Counted from the first letter of the stretch, positions 29,491 through 39,945 are shown. The stretch: 64,000 nt of DNA from Candidatus Bathyarchaeia archaeon (GCA_050012755.1 JBEKGO010000003.1:1-64000); one strand, 5' to 3'. Made by a program: numbers and translations. The notes: generated by a model from the letters alone, not told the origin.

Positions 29491-31213
29491 GATTTTTTGA
29501 TGGTGGATAGCTTAGAGTCAACGTCAACTTGGTTGGAAATAGCTCTTTCTCTTTCTGGAGCAGTGTTCGTGCAAGTGGGAAGTCACTGTTGTAATTGTAT
29601 ACTTCTTTTCCGTTAGATTTTGCGTCGCGCAATATTTCTTTTTCAAGTTTGTGTTTTAGGTCTCCGACTGTAAGAGCTCCAATTGTGAAGATTCCAGGTA
29701 GCATTTCTCTCATGTCGTCTTTTAATTCGATACCTTCGACACCAAAGGGTGGTACTGCGTTTATGTCAAGTAGGACTTTCATGGTTTTGACGTCATTGAG
29801 CATTTCTTTGTCTATAATGCGGACACCTCTTACTCCAGCGCACATTACTACGTCAGCTTTCTTAATGATTTCAATTTTTGAAGCCGGAGTTGGTGCGAAA
29901 ATTCCTTCAACTTGGACGCCGTGATCTTTTGCCAGAAGTTTAGATATGCCGTCAGCATGTTCTTTTCCGTCAACGCGTTTTGGATTAAGGCTGGCAATCA
30001 TTACGTTGCATCCCATTTTGGCCAAGAGAACCGCAGCTATCTGTCCAACAGCGCCTGTGCCGAGAATAGCGACAGTCTTGGTTTTCAATTCGCCGAGTTT
30101 GCTTGTTGCAAGTGCGTTTTCAGCTTTTGCTACCATTGCAGCGGCAGTTGTGTATGCGCCTGCAGGATCGACGATTATGCTGGTTTTGAATGGTGGAAAC
30201 ATCGAGTTTTTTGCTGCTTCAAACACTTGTTCAGCTCTCTCAGCGTTTTTCCCGCCGATTAAGAAGCATGTGTGTTTAACGGCTTTTGGTCCTCTTGAAA
30301 GTAAAGCATCTAGCACTATGGTTTTTGCATCTTCAGGAATGATGTTTTCGTAAGGAATTACAGCGTCGTATCCAGCATCATAAGCCATGCAGATATCAAA
30401 CGGGCTTGCTTTAACATCAGTGTCAAGATAGAATAACAGGTAAGGTGCATTTTCGTTTTTTGAAATAACGGGCTTAACTTGGATTTGCATCGATGTTAGC
30501 CAGTTTTCCATTTCTTGGGAAGATGGGCTTTCAACTTGTGAGGAGATTACTTTTTTTGAGAGTTTTGCGATTTCCACTTTGACATTGAGTGTTTCTAAAA
30601 GTTGCTTTATTCCGGCTACGTGTTCGGGGCTGCAGATATGTAGACAGGTTATTTCGTTTTTGTTTTGAACCTCTCTAGCATGCTCCATTATACCCATGGC
30701 TATCCAGCTTTCTCTAACGGAGAAATTGACTTCACGTTCTTGTTCTTCTATTTCGGATTGTACACTCTGTCCGTATGCGACAAGGTAGTCTCTTTCTGTT
30801 GAATCGCTGAGTTTTTGTTTGTTTAGGTTTTCTATGTTCTTGATTATGCTGTCTCTTAGTGATACTTTCTTGTCAACAGCTGTTAAAAGGTAAGTTTTGG
30901 CTTCGCTGTCAATATCAACTGGGAAGAACGGGATTCTGCTTTTTTGGAAAACGTCAGCTAAAATGTTGTCTTCAAAGAATTCTTTTTGATTTCGGCTGCC
31001 TAATTCTTCTGTCACGAAGTCTACGTTTACTTTGGCTACGACATTTTCGACGAATTTGTAAAAGCCGATGGACGGTCTCAATAGAACTTGGAGAACGTTT
31101 GGTTTTGGTGATGAAAATTTTTCGAAAAGCTGAAAGGGTTCGTTGTATTCTTTTTCTTGAATCATTACAGTTAAGTTCTTTTTTTCAAGCGGTTTTAATT
31201 CAAGTACTTTCAT
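29474..31213 (-). CDS. NAD(P)-dependent methylene-H4MPT dehydrogenase (MtdA/MtdB-like) with an extra N-terminal domain of about 250 aa
   Basis: SPFDICMAYDAG, SRGPK, DPAGAYTTAAA, GTGAVG, DINAVPPFG and GALTVGDLK motifs. Confidence 0.85.
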   Translation of the reverse strand: MKVLELKPLEKKNLTVMIQEKEYNEPFQLFEKFSSPKPNVLQVLLRPSIGFYKFVENVVAKVNVDFVTEELGSRNQKEFFEDNILADVFQKSRIPFFPVDIDSEAKTYLLTAVDKKVSLRDSIIKNIENLNKQKLSDSTERDYLVAYGQSVQSEIEEQEREVNFSVRESWIAMGIMEHAREVQNKNEITCLHICSPEHVAGIKQLLETLNVKVEIAKLSKKVISSQVESPSSQEMENWLTSMQIQVKPVISKNENAPYLLFYLDTDVKASPFDICMAYDAGYDAVIPYENIIPEDAKTIVLDALLSRGPKAVKHTCFLIGGKNAERAEQVFEAAKNSMFPPFKTSIIVDPAGAYTTAAAMVAKAENALATSKLGELKTKTVAILGTGAVGQIAAVLLAKMGCNVMIASLNPKRVDGKEHADGISKLLAKDHGVQVEGIFAPTPASKIEIIKKADVVMCAGVRGVRIIDKEMLNDVKTMKVLLDINAVPPFGVEGIELKDDMREMLPGIFTIGALTVGDLKHKLEKEILRDAKSNGKEVYNYNSDFPLARTLLQKEKELFPTKLTLTLSYPPSKNPKQGQ

Positions 31214-31271
31214 GTTTTTTCTTCCTTTTTGGAAAAAAGGAATGGTGGTGGAAAATATATACCTAGCCGAA

Positions 31272-31299
31272 ATACCATATATCCAAATATATATGGTAT
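31272..31299. promoter_or_regulatory. perfect 11-bp inverted repeat, candidate operator
   Basis: ATACCATATAT-N6-ATATATGGTAT between the two mtd genes. Confidence 0.5.
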
Positions 31300-31323
31300 A
31301 TACAATAACCGCTGGTAATTATT

Positions 31324-32232
31324 TTATAACGGTTCTTCGGAAAAAGTGGGGGCTAGCATCAGTCTGGTCTTGAACTTTTCTTTGCCATCTTTAGCATGTG
31401 GCTTTCTCAGCAAAGTGTCATTGTATTTTTCGATTTCACGAGCATCTTCCGCAAGTCTAGCAGCCGCTTGCGCCACTTCATGTGCGGAGGCTACAAGCGG
31501 AATGTATTTCTCGCTTTCTTTCTCCATAAAGCATGCTTGAGTATTAATTTCGGCTACTTTTTCGGCCATTGCATATGCAGCGATTGCTTTTGCTTTTGCA
31601 TAGGGATTATTAAAGAAAGTTTGATCGCGTATAGTTGAGATGTCGATGACTAATTTTGGCAGACTGGGCGGTTGTTCGGCTTCGATGGCGTAAATTACTT
31701 TGTCTATTTCTTGGTAAACTAGGCGGTAAACTCCCGTTATAGCAAGAATTTTGTTTATATTGGAGTTGAAAACTGCCATTTCAATAGGATCCAAAAATTC
31801 TTTTCGCGCTCCAATAAGCGGGTCTCCAGTTATTATTAAATAGCCTAAACCTTGCTTCTCAATATCTGCTTTGATGCGTTTGCCTGGAGCATCTGTAATG
31901 ACTATTCCTGGCAATTTCCTGCCTGCAACAGCCTCCCTAGCTTTTGAGGGACCAGGCAATGCTGTATTAGGAGAAATTATTATCATTAAGTCAGGGTTAA
32001 ACTCAAATATCTTGGGCAAAGCTTCCTCAACGTCTTCTGGGTTCATTTTTGAACCTGATGTTACGGTTCTTACTTTGATATCTTTTCGATCAGCTAATTC
32101 ATCGAGTAGGAGTTCGAGACATGGTGATGTTCCAATGTTTCCACATTTGAAAATTCCAATTTTTTTAGGTATTATTTCTACTTTAGGTTGCTGTTCCGCC
32201 AATTTGAAATTACTCCTTAGTATTAGGACCAC
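31324..32232 (-). CDS. mtd: F420-dependent methylene-H4MPT dehydrogenase
   Basis: KCGNIGTS, LLDELADR, SGSKM, SPN, IGARKEFLDP and YAKAKA motifs. Confidence 0.93.
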   Translation of the reverse strand: MVLILRSNFKLAEQQPKVEIIPKKIGIFKCGNIGTSPCLELLLDELADRKDIKVRTVTSGSKMNPEDVEEALPKIFEFNPDLMIIISPNTALPGPSKAREAVAGRKLPGIVITDAPGKRIKADIEKQGLGYLIITGDPLIGARKEFLDPIEMAVFNSNINKILAITGVYRLVYQEIDKVIYAIEAEQPPSLPKLVIDISTIRDQTFFNNPYAKAKAIAAYAMAEKVAEINTQACFMEKESEKYIPLVASAHEVAQAAARLAEDAREIEKYNDTLLRKPHAKDGKEKFKTRLMLAPTFSEEPL

Positions 32233-32385
32233 CTGTTATCCTTTTAAAATTTGTCATAATATGCAGTTGATGATTAATTGCCTTAATTTCTAAGAAGAAG
32301 CGCACGGAGTTTATTTTGAACCGCAATTGTTTTATAAGTTTGTTCTCAGAATTCTATCCATAAAAACTTAGAAGGCGCTTCAACT

Positions 32386-33429
32386 TTGTCTATAAATGAG
32401 AATTTAGCTAAACTCTCAAACGCCTGCGGAGTAACAGGCAGAGAAAATGAAGTTAGAGAATTAATGATTCGACTTATGACGCCCTACGCGGACGAAATAG
32501 TTGTCGATAGACTTGAAAACGTCATAGCAATAAAAAAAGGAAAAGAAAAATCACCCAAAATCATGCTAGCTGCCCACATGGACGAAGTCGGCTTGATGGT
32601 GAAAACTATTACTAAAGAAGGGTTTCTGCAATTCGCTAAAATGGGCGGAATAGACGACCGCATATTACCTGCTCAAAAAGTTACAGTTTTCTCAAGAAAA
32701 GGTACGTTTCCTGGCATAATCGGGTCTAAACCGCCGCACATTCAAAAAGAAGAAGAGAGAAAAAAAATTATAACATCCGATGAGCTCTTCATTGACGTGG
32801 GAGCAGAGAGCAAAGACGACGCATTAGCAATGGGCGTCTCAGTCGGCGACCCAATAAGTTTTGACATTCAATACGTTCATTTAGGCAAAGACGTCGTTAT
32901 GGGCAAAGCTTTTGATAATCGAGCAGGCTGCGTTACCATGATTGAAGCCCTTAAACTAATGGAAAAAACTGACTTCACAATCTATGCTGTCGGCACTATT
33001 CAGGAAGAGGTAGGATTGCGTGGAGCAGGCCCAGCAGCCTTCAGCATCGACCCTGACGTGGCAATAGCCCTTGACGTAACCATTGCAGGTGACACCCCGG
33101 GGGTAAAAGAGTTTGATACCACAGTAAAGATGGGGAAAGGACCAGCGCTGACAATCACAGATTCAGGACTAATCACTTCAGGAAAGATTTTGCGATGGCT
33201 TTTGGACTCGGCTGAAGAGGAAAAAATACCCTTCCAGATTGAAACGGGCTTAATGGGCTCAACTGACGCAGCAAGAATTTCTCTTACACGACAAGGCATT
33301 CCATGCGGCAACATATCGATGCCCGTACGTTACATTCACAGTCCAGTAGGCATGCTTTCCCTCAAAGACATAGAAAACTCAGCTAAACTAACAGTTGCAG
33401 CGATACAAAGAACTAAAAAATATTTCTAA
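32386..33429 (+). CDS. M42-family (TET) aminopeptidase
   Basis: AAHMDEVG, KAFDNRAG, QEEVGLRGA and RYIHSP. Confidence 0.93.
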   Translation: MSINENLAKLSNACGVTGRENEVRELMIRLMTPYADEIVVDRLENVIAIKKGKEKSPKIMLAAHMDEVGLMVKTITKEGFLQFAKMGGIDDRILPAQKVTVFSRKGTFPGIIGSKPPHIQKEEERKKIITSDELFIDVGAESKDDALAMGVSVGDPISFDIQYVHLGKDVVMGKAFDNRAGCVTMIEALKLMEKTDFTIYAVGTIQEEVGLRGAGPAAFSIDPDVAIALDVTIAGDTPGVKEFDTTVKMGKGPALTITDSGLITSGKILRWLLDSAEEEKIPFQIETGLMGSTDAARISLTRQGIPCGNISMPVRYIHSPVGMLSLKDIENSAKLTVAAIQRTKKYF

Positions 33430-33560
33430 GCAGGCGAAGTACAATGACGCGTGACCAAATTCTGTTTGTGTAGGCTGTTGAAATTGTGCAAGTTTTGGCG
33501 CAAAATTTTTTCTTTGTGTTCCAGTTTGCTTCTTTGGTTCAGGGTCTGCCTCATTTGCAG

Positions 33561-33640
33561 GTTGCGTCTAGATTCGTCCCAATTCGTCTTGATTCGTCCC
33601 AAAACGTCCCGATTCGTCCCAAAAAGTCCTGAAAAGTCTT
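33561..33640. repeat. eight degenerate 10-bp tandem units (consensus GATTCGTCCC)
   Basis: gttgcgtcta gattcgtccc aattcgtctt gattcgtccc aaaacgtccc gattcgtccc aaaaagtcct gaaaagtctt. Confidence 0.85.
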
Positions 33641-33746
33641 GGATAAAACCTGTGCCAAACTAATCAAAGCTGCAATTAAAAATTTTCTAGAACTAGAACG
33701 GCAATGACAAATCAGCAAAAGCATTTTAGACAATGGCACTCAATAC

Positions 33747-34217
33747 TTGTTGTGGCTTAAAATGGACAAGAACACAGCAGAGAAATTTTCTGGAAAATTT
33801 GAGTTTCTAGAACATACTGCAGATGTTTTCATTCGAGCTCATGGTAATACAATGGAAGAAGCCTACGAAAACGCTGCGCTTGCAATGTTCGAGACTATGA
33901 CTGATTCCGAGAAAATCGCTCAAACACAAGAACAAACCTTAGAGGTTGAAGCCGAAGACCAATATGCGTTGCTTTATAATTGGCTTGAAGCTTTGCTTGT
34001 AAAGTTTGAAACAGAAAATATGTTGTATTCCAAATTTCAAATCACAAATTGGCAAGAAACACCTGAAATCTTCAAATTTAAAGCAAAAATCTGGGGCGAA
34101 AAATTTGATTCCCAAAAGCATCCGCAAAAAGTCGCTGTTAAGGCAGTGACCTATCATAGAATGGTTATAATAAGGGAAAAAGACCGAGTGGTCTTAGAGT
34201 TTATTTTAGATATCTAA
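33747..34217 (+). CDS. archease
   Basis: FEFLEHTADV, VKAVTYH and ILDI C-terminus. Confidence 0.93.
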   Translation: MLWLKMDKNTAEKFSGKFEFLEHTADVFIRAHGNTMEEAYENAALAMFETMTDSEKIAQTQEQTLEVEAEDQYALLYNWLEALLVKFETENMLYSKFQITNWQETPEIFKFKAKIWGEKFDSQKHPQKVAVKAVTYHRMVIIREKDRVVLEFILDI

Positions 34218-34879
34218 GCAAGCTTGAGTTTCTTTAAGTCAGTTATTATCTGCTCTACGATTGGTTCTGGCGGTTGATCAAGGTTTTTGGTGCCCGAGAT
34301 TACGAAGGGAATCTTTTTCTGTTTGAAGAATTCTATCAGCGGCTTCGTTTGTTCTTTGTATACTTGGAGTCTTTTCTTTATAACTTCAGGGTTATCATCC
34401 GATCGCTGATAAAGTGGTCCCCCGCATTTGTCGCAAACGTCTTCTATTTTTGGCTTTAAGAATCGTACATTATAGACGGTTCCGCAGTTGCGGCATATTC
34501 TGCGAGTTGATAAGCGCTCAATAATTATGGAATCTGACACATCGAGCATGAGAATAACATCAATTTTTGTGAAAGTATCTAGCATTTTTGCTTGTTCCGT
34601 TGTACGGGGGAACCCATCCAAGATGAAGCCTTTGCCTTTGGGAATTTTGCTTATACGCTGCTTTAAAACCTCAATGACAACTTCATCTGGAACAAGCAGC
34701 CCCTTCTCCACATAACCCTTAACTTTCTTGCCAAGTTCAGAATTCTCTTTGATTAATTCGCGGAAAATATCGCCTGTGGCGATGACTTCCACACCAAGTT
34801 TTGCTTGAAGCCTCGAAGCATAGGTTCCTTTTCCAGCGCCTGGCGCTCCCAACATTATTGCTTTCAATTCAGTTGCCAA
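34214..34879 (-). CDS. adk: adenylate kinase (bacterial-type, Zn LID)
   Basis: GAPGAGKGT, LDGFPRT, CRNCG...CDKCG and QRSDD. Confidence 0.95.
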   Translation of the reverse strand: MATELKAIMLGAPGAGKGTYASRLQAKLGVEVIATGDIFRELIKENSELGKKVKGYVEKGLLVPDEVVIEVLKQRISKIPKGKGFILDGFPRTTEQAKMLDTFTKIDVILMLDVSDSIIIERLSTRRICRNCGTVYNVRFLKPKIEDVCDKCGGPLYQRSDDNPEVIKKRLQVYKEQTKPLIEFFKQKKIPFVISGTKNLDQPPEPIVEQIITDLKKLKLA

Positions 34880-35109
34880 CCTTTAGTTTCAACAAAGACG
34901 CGGTATCTGTAATTAAATTTTGCGTGTCCATTTTTTCAATCGGTGAGGTGGATAGGCTAATCTACAATTTCTGTTTTGCTCAGCTGCCTGCGGGTAAGTC
35001 AATGTTTATGCAATTTGTTGATGCATTTTGTAGATACAAGTTCTGCTTGTGAAATTTTTACGGAAACGTTTATGGCATAACAGCCCTCAAGCCTAACTAA
35101 GGTGAAGCT

Positions 35110-36027
35110 TTGCATTCAAGAGAGATCGGGAAAAACCTCTTTCAAGTCGAGTTGGAGACGGGCGGATTCAAAAATCTCATTTGCAGTTACATAATAAAAG
35201 CACCTAAAATTACTCTTGTGGAGTCGGGTCCAACTTCTTCAGTTCCCAACCTTGTTACTGGCTTAAAAGAACTTCACATACCCCTTGAGGATGTTGAATA
35301 CCTAGCCATTACACATGTTCACTTAGACCACGGCGGCGGCGCTGGCACCTTGCTAAAGCTTCTGCCAAACGCCAAAGTCCTTGTTCACGCAAGAGGCATG
35401 CTTCACCTTATCAATCCTGACCGTCTTTGGCAATCAGCCCAAACAGTTCTTGGGTTTGTTAGCGAAATCTTCGGCAAGCCTGAACCTGTGCCAAAAGAAC
35501 GGATAATCCCTGTAACAGAGGGCGCCTTTGATTTAGGCGACGGCGCCAAATTGAAGGTTATCGAAACGCTGGGTCATGCTTCACACAATCTTAGCTACCA
35601 AGAAACATTCAACGGCGGTGTTTTTCCGGGTGATGCTGCTGGCACCTATTTTCCAGAGTTTGATGTTGTAATTCCAACTTCGCCGCCGCCGTTCCGTTTG
35701 GACGCAGCATTATCTTCTTTGGATAAATTAATCAATTTACGACCAACCGCTCTCTATTACAGCCATTTTGGAAAAGCAACTGATGCAATTTCACGCCTTA
35801 GAGACTACAAAGTCCAACTGGAATTATGGGCAAGAATTGCAGAAGAAGGAGTGAAGCAAAACTGGAGTCTTGAACAAATTCGTGATAGAATTGTTGATGA
35901 AGACAAAGTGATGAGTCAGGTTGAAATTGCCTCTTTCATTAAGTCTCATCGTATTTACTCAAAAACGGTTCTGGAAAACAGCGTAAAAGGTTTTATCGAT
36001 TATGCAAAGCAGAAACAGGCTTCGTAA
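35110..36027 (+). CDS. MBL-fold metallo-hydrolase
   Basis: THVHLDHGGG, GHASH and GDAAG. Confidence 0.9.
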   Translation: MHSREIGKNLFQVELETGGFKNLICSYIIKAPKITLVESGPTSSVPNLVTGLKELHIPLEDVEYLAITHVHLDHGGGAGTLLKLLPNAKVLVHARGMLHLINPDRLWQSAQTVLGFVSEIFGKPEPVPKERIIPVTEGAFDLGDGAKLKVIETLGHASHNLSYQETFNGGVFPGDAAGTYFPEFDVVIPTSPPPFRLDAALSSLDKLINLRPTALYYSHFGKATDAISRLRDYKVQLELWARIAEEGVKQNWSLEQIRDRIVDEDKVMSQVEIASFIKSHRIYSKTVLENSVKGFIDYAKQKQAS

Positions 36028-36072
36028 ACGTTTATAATCTCATTTCTCTTTTGTTTGAAAAGGTGAAGAATT

Positions 36073-37551
36073 TTGGGCGAAAGTGAAAGCAGAGCTGTTC
36101 CTGAGAGAGTTCCTTTGGAAAAAGTTAATGATTACATGTGGCGTATTCCCAATTACAAGCCTGCAATGCGTGTTCCAGGAATGGTTTTTGCTAATGAAAT
36201 GCTTCTGGATAAAATGAAGACTGATCGTACTCTTTGGCAATGCTCAAATGTGGCACAGTTGCCTGGAATTTACAAGTATGCTGTAACATTGCCAGATGGA
36301 CATGAAGGATATGGCTTTCCCATTGGCGGTGTGGCAGCAACAGACTATGACAACGGCGTAATCAGCCCGGGTGGAGTAGGCTATGACATTAATTGTGGTG
36401 TTCGCTTGCTAGCCACCACGCTCACAGAACAAGAGATCAGACCTAAACTTGCACCTTTAGCCGATGCCATTTTCCGTAATGTTCCTTCTGGGCTTGGAAG
36501 TCGACGAAAAGATCTCTCAATTTCCTCTTCTGACTTGGACCATTTAGCGGTTGAGGGAGTACCGTGGCTAGTCAAACGCGGGTTCGGATGGCCAGAGGAC
36601 GCAGAACACTGCGAAGAAAAAGGTGCCATGCCCAATGCAAACCCAGAAAAAGTTTCATCAACAGCTAAAAGCAGAGGAATAACCCAGATTGGCACATTAG
36701 GTTCAGGAAACCACTTCTTGGAAATACAAAAAGTGGACAAAATTTATAATCCCAAAACAGCCAAGGCTTTTGGAATCACGCAGGAAGGCCAAGTAACCGT
36801 AATGATCCATTGCGGTTCGCGAGGCTATGGTCACCAAGTCTGTTCTGACTACTTAAGAGTCATGGAGCACGCAGTAATAAAATACAAAATAACTCTTCCC
36901 GACCGCGAATTAGCTTGTGCCCCTGGTAATAGCAATGAAGCCCGTGATTATTTCCAAGCTATGGCTTGCGCTGTTAACTACGCATTTTGTAATCGCCATG
37001 CAATTATGCATTGGGTTAGACAAAGCTTTCAACAAGTCTTCCAGCAGCCACCTGAAAACTTTGGTTTAAAACTTGTTTATGACGTAACCCATAACATTGC
37101 CAAAGTAGAAACCCACAGGATAGATGGAAGAGAAAAGAAGGTTTGGGTTCACCGCAAAGGAGCAACACGCGCTTTCCCGCCTGGTCACTCAGATATTCCA
37201 GCAGATTACCGTAGCGAAGGACAACCTGTGCTAATTCCTGGCAGCATGGGTACTAGTTCATGGGTTCTAGCAGGTGCCGAAAAGGCTATGGACTTGACTT
37301 TTGGTTCGACCGCGCATGGAGCAGGCAGAATGATGAGCCGTTCTGCGGCTAAACGGCAATATTGGGGCGGAGAAATAAAAGCGTCTTTAGAGAAGAGAGG
37401 CATTGTTGTTCGTGCAGCCAGTGCTTCGGTTTTGGCTGAAGAAGCTGACCCAGCTTACAAAAACGTGGACGTTGTAGCGGACGTTAGTGATAAGGTTGGG
37501 ATTGCCACTAAGGTTGCCAGGCTTGTTCCATTAGCCGTTGTAAAAGGATAA
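36073..37551 (+). CDS. rtcB: tRNA-splicing ligase RtcB
   Basis: PDGHEGYGFPIG, DINCG, GSGNHF, HRKGAT and STAHGAGR. Confidence 0.97.
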   Translation: MGESESRAVPERVPLEKVNDYMWRIPNYKPAMRVPGMVFANEMLLDKMKTDRTLWQCSNVAQLPGIYKYAVTLPDGHEGYGFPIGGVAATDYDNGVISPGGVGYDINCGVRLLATTLTEQEIRPKLAPLADAIFRNVPSGLGSRRKDLSISSSDLDHLAVEGVPWLVKRGFGWPEDAEHCEEKGAMPNANPEKVSSTAKSRGITQIGTLGSGNHFLEIQKVDKIYNPKTAKAFGITQEGQVTVMIHCGSRGYGHQVCSDYLRVMEHAVIKYKITLPDRELACAPGNSNEARDYFQAMACAVNYAFCNRHAIMHWVRQSFQQVFQQPPENFGLKLVYDVTHNIAKVETHRIDGREKKVWVHRKGATRAFPPGHSDIPADYRSEGQPVLIPGSMGTSSWVLAGAEKAMDLTFGSTAHGAGRMMSRSAAKRQYWGGEIKASLEKRGIVVRAASASVLAEEADPAYKNVDVVADVSDKVGIATKVARLVPLAVVKG

Positions 37552-37677
37552 CACTGTGCAACCTTTTTCTATCAAACCTTCTTTTTGTAATTCTTTTGGC
37601 ATTTGTTTGGGAAATTGTATATCAAGAAGATAGCAATCCAATAATTACTGACCGCCCAAAAAGTAGGAAAGCGTAAC

Positions 37678-39204
37678 TTGAACAAAAATCGCATAAGAGT
37701 TCAGTACAGTGGATTTATTGTTTTTTCGTCTCAGCTACTGAGTGTAGTTACTGGACTCATCTTTACGCTTTTGCTTACCAGAACTATGTCCACAGAACAG
37801 TTTGGCATCTGGACAAACATGTTTGATTATCCTGTATACTTTTTGATTTTCAGTGGAATTCTACCTTTTTGGGCAACAAGATTTGTCGCAAGGGGCAAAG
37901 AGGGAACCGTTAAAACTGGCACTTCAGTGCAATTATTGATAGCTCTTGTTTCAACTCTGGTTTATCTGCCCGTTATAGTTTTAATTTCAAAAGGAATCGG
38001 CACCCAAGCTTACTTACTAATTTACTTGATATCAGCACTTTACATTTTCAATACTTACATGATTACGGTTTTTGAAAGCATGTTACGTTCCATAAGGCCT
38101 CAAGTAATTGGATACGGCTTATTGATTGAAGAGACAGTGAAAGTCGCAGTTGCCTTAGTTGTGATAGTTGATTTAAAGCAGGTGTTTCTTGGTGCAATTT
38201 TAGCTCTTGTTATTTCTGCTTTCGTTCAAATATTATACTACACACGACTTGTGGCCAGTGAACTTAAGAAAAAAGTAAACTGGAGCTACATTAAAGAATG
38301 GCTCAAGGGCTCACCAGCAATTGTTTTTAACGCATTCGGCGGAGTATTGCTTTCGTTTGTCTTTATCTTGCTTTTCATCTATGGTGGGTCGGAAGCCCGA
38401 GCTTATTACCAGGCGGCTTTTACCTTTACGAGCGTAATTTCTTATTCTTCTTCCTTGGCATTCGCATTATATCCTGTATTGTTAGCAAAGACTTGCCCAG
38501 AAGAACAAGTTGGAGAATCATTTAAGACGGTGTTGATGTTGGCGATTCCATTAGCTACATTAACCATGGTTATGTCCACTTCATTCTTGACTATCCTAAA
38601 GTCTTCTTTCAATGTTGCTTGGCCAGTCCTTATCGCATTAACGATTGATACGTTGGTAGTTTTGATCTTCAACTTCTATACTTCTTGTCTAATGGGAGCA
38701 GAAGCTTTTGATGAGGAAGGAAGAATTTCGTTACGTAAACTTGTTAAAAGCAAAATCTTTCTTGTTTTTGGCGTTACATACATTCAAGGCGCAATTGCCT
38801 TGCCCTTGATTTACTACATTCTGACACATACAGCGGTAGCTGGACCAGTACTAGCAACAGTGTACACAATATCTGTACTCATTGGCGTTCACATTTCATC
38901 ATTTATTGGACTATACTCGTTTAGACGTGGCTCATTTAGGATACCTGTTGCTTGGAAAAGCATAGGTAAGTACATAGCTGCTTCACTCTTAATGGGAACT
39001 GTGCTTTTCCTGTTACCAAATACGACAACCTTAACTTACACATTAGGAAAAGCCATAGCTGGCTTTCTACTTTACGTGGGTTTGTTAGTTGCCATTGATG
39101 TGAAAGCGCGCCAACTAATCAAGTTAATTTTTGCAGAAATAAAAGGGTCCTGGCAGCAGCTCACAGCGAAAAACGGAAGTATTGAGCCTGAAAACGTTTC
39201 TTAG
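37678..39204 (+). CDS. polysaccharide flippase-like multi-TM protein
   Basis: Many hydrophobic segments in a Wzx/MOP-like layout. Confidence 0.7.
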   Translation: MNKNRIRVQYSGFIVFSSQLLSVVTGLIFTLLLTRTMSTEQFGIWTNMFDYPVYFLIFSGILPFWATRFVARGKEGTVKTGTSVQLLIALVSTLVYLPVIVLISKGIGTQAYLLIYLISALYIFNTYMITVFESMLRSIRPQVIGYGLLIEETVKVAVALVVIVDLKQVFLGAILALVISAFVQILYYTRLVASELKKKVNWSYIKEWLKGSPAIVFNAFGGVLLSFVFILLFIYGGSEARAYYQAAFTFTSVISYSSSLAFALYPVLLAKTCPEEQVGESFKTVLMLAIPLATLTMVMSTSFLTILKSSFNVAWPVLIALTIDTLVVLIFNFYTSCLMGAEAFDEEGRISLRKLVKSKIFLVFGVTYIQGAIALPLIYYILTHTAVAGPVLATVYTISVLIGVHISSFIGLYSFRRGSFRIPVAWKSIGKYIAASLLMGTVLFLLPNTTTLTYTLGKAIAGFLLYVGLLVAIDVKARQLIKLIFAEIKGSWQQLTAKNGSIEPENVS

Positions 39205-39281
39205 CAAGTGAAAATTAATATCTTTAAAAGAAGATTCTTACTCGAAGCGATTTTTCAGCTCGCTTAAAGGTTGACCTATCA

Positions 39282-39902
39282 TTGAAGGATGAATGCGGCA
39301 TCTGCGGTAGAGTTCTAAGGGTAGCTTACATGCGTAAATGCGAACGCTGCAGGAAACTGTTCTGCCGTGATTGCATGGTGCCTGATGTTGCTACTGGCGA
39401 CCCTAATGCAATGCTATGTTTGCATTGTGCTAGACGGGTGGTTTCGCCGCGAGCAATAGGCAAGTATGATGGACTTGAGAGCCACTTAAAGTTTAGAGCT
39501 GCCTTTACAAACATGGTGAAGCTTTCTTTTGCTAGAATAGATGGTTTAATCGGCAGCAGTCTTCCAATGGATGCTTTTAGAGACACAGCTTGGTGGAACA
39601 ACTCGTCACGTAATACTCACACAAAGGCTTGGTTGAATGCAGGCTGGGAAGTGCAGGAAGCAAACCTCAAAGAAGGTTATGTTCTCTTCAAGAAAGTGCG
39701 TAACGTTTCACCTAAAAAAGGCGGGCGGCGTAAACTTGAGATCAACAAGCCATTTACACCTGTACCTGTTCATAGGCCTCGGTCTAAAGTGCCATCAAAA
39801 ACTAAAGTGTCAAAACTCTATGCAAGGATTAAAAATATGGAACGAAACCGTGCTGCGGAGCAGCGGCATATTAGAGGATTTAAGGCAAGGCCACGTCATT
39901 AG
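39282..39902 (+). CDS. Zn-finger conserved hypothetical protein
   Basis: Four CxxC pairs, then a KYDGL...LSFARID...WWNN...AWLNAGW domain. Confidence 0.7.
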   Translation: MKDECGICGRVLRVAYMRKCERCRKLFCRDCMVPDVATGDPNAMLCLHCARRVVSPRAIGKYDGLESHLKFRAAFTNMVKLSFARIDGLIGSSLPMDAFRDTAWWNNSSRNTHTKAWLNAGWEVQEANLKEGYVLFKKVRNVSPKKGGRRKLEINKPFTPVPVHRPRSKVPSKTKVSKLYARIKNMERNRAAEQRHIRGFKARPRH

Positions 39903-39945
39903 AAGAAGCTTTTTAGGTACATAGTATTATTAAGCCTTAATCTAA

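Noticed and set aside
33747-37551. Archease and RtcB as dedicated parts of the BHB-unit system
   Set aside because: Both are universal archaeal housekeeping genes more than 10 kb away, so proximity is not evidence.
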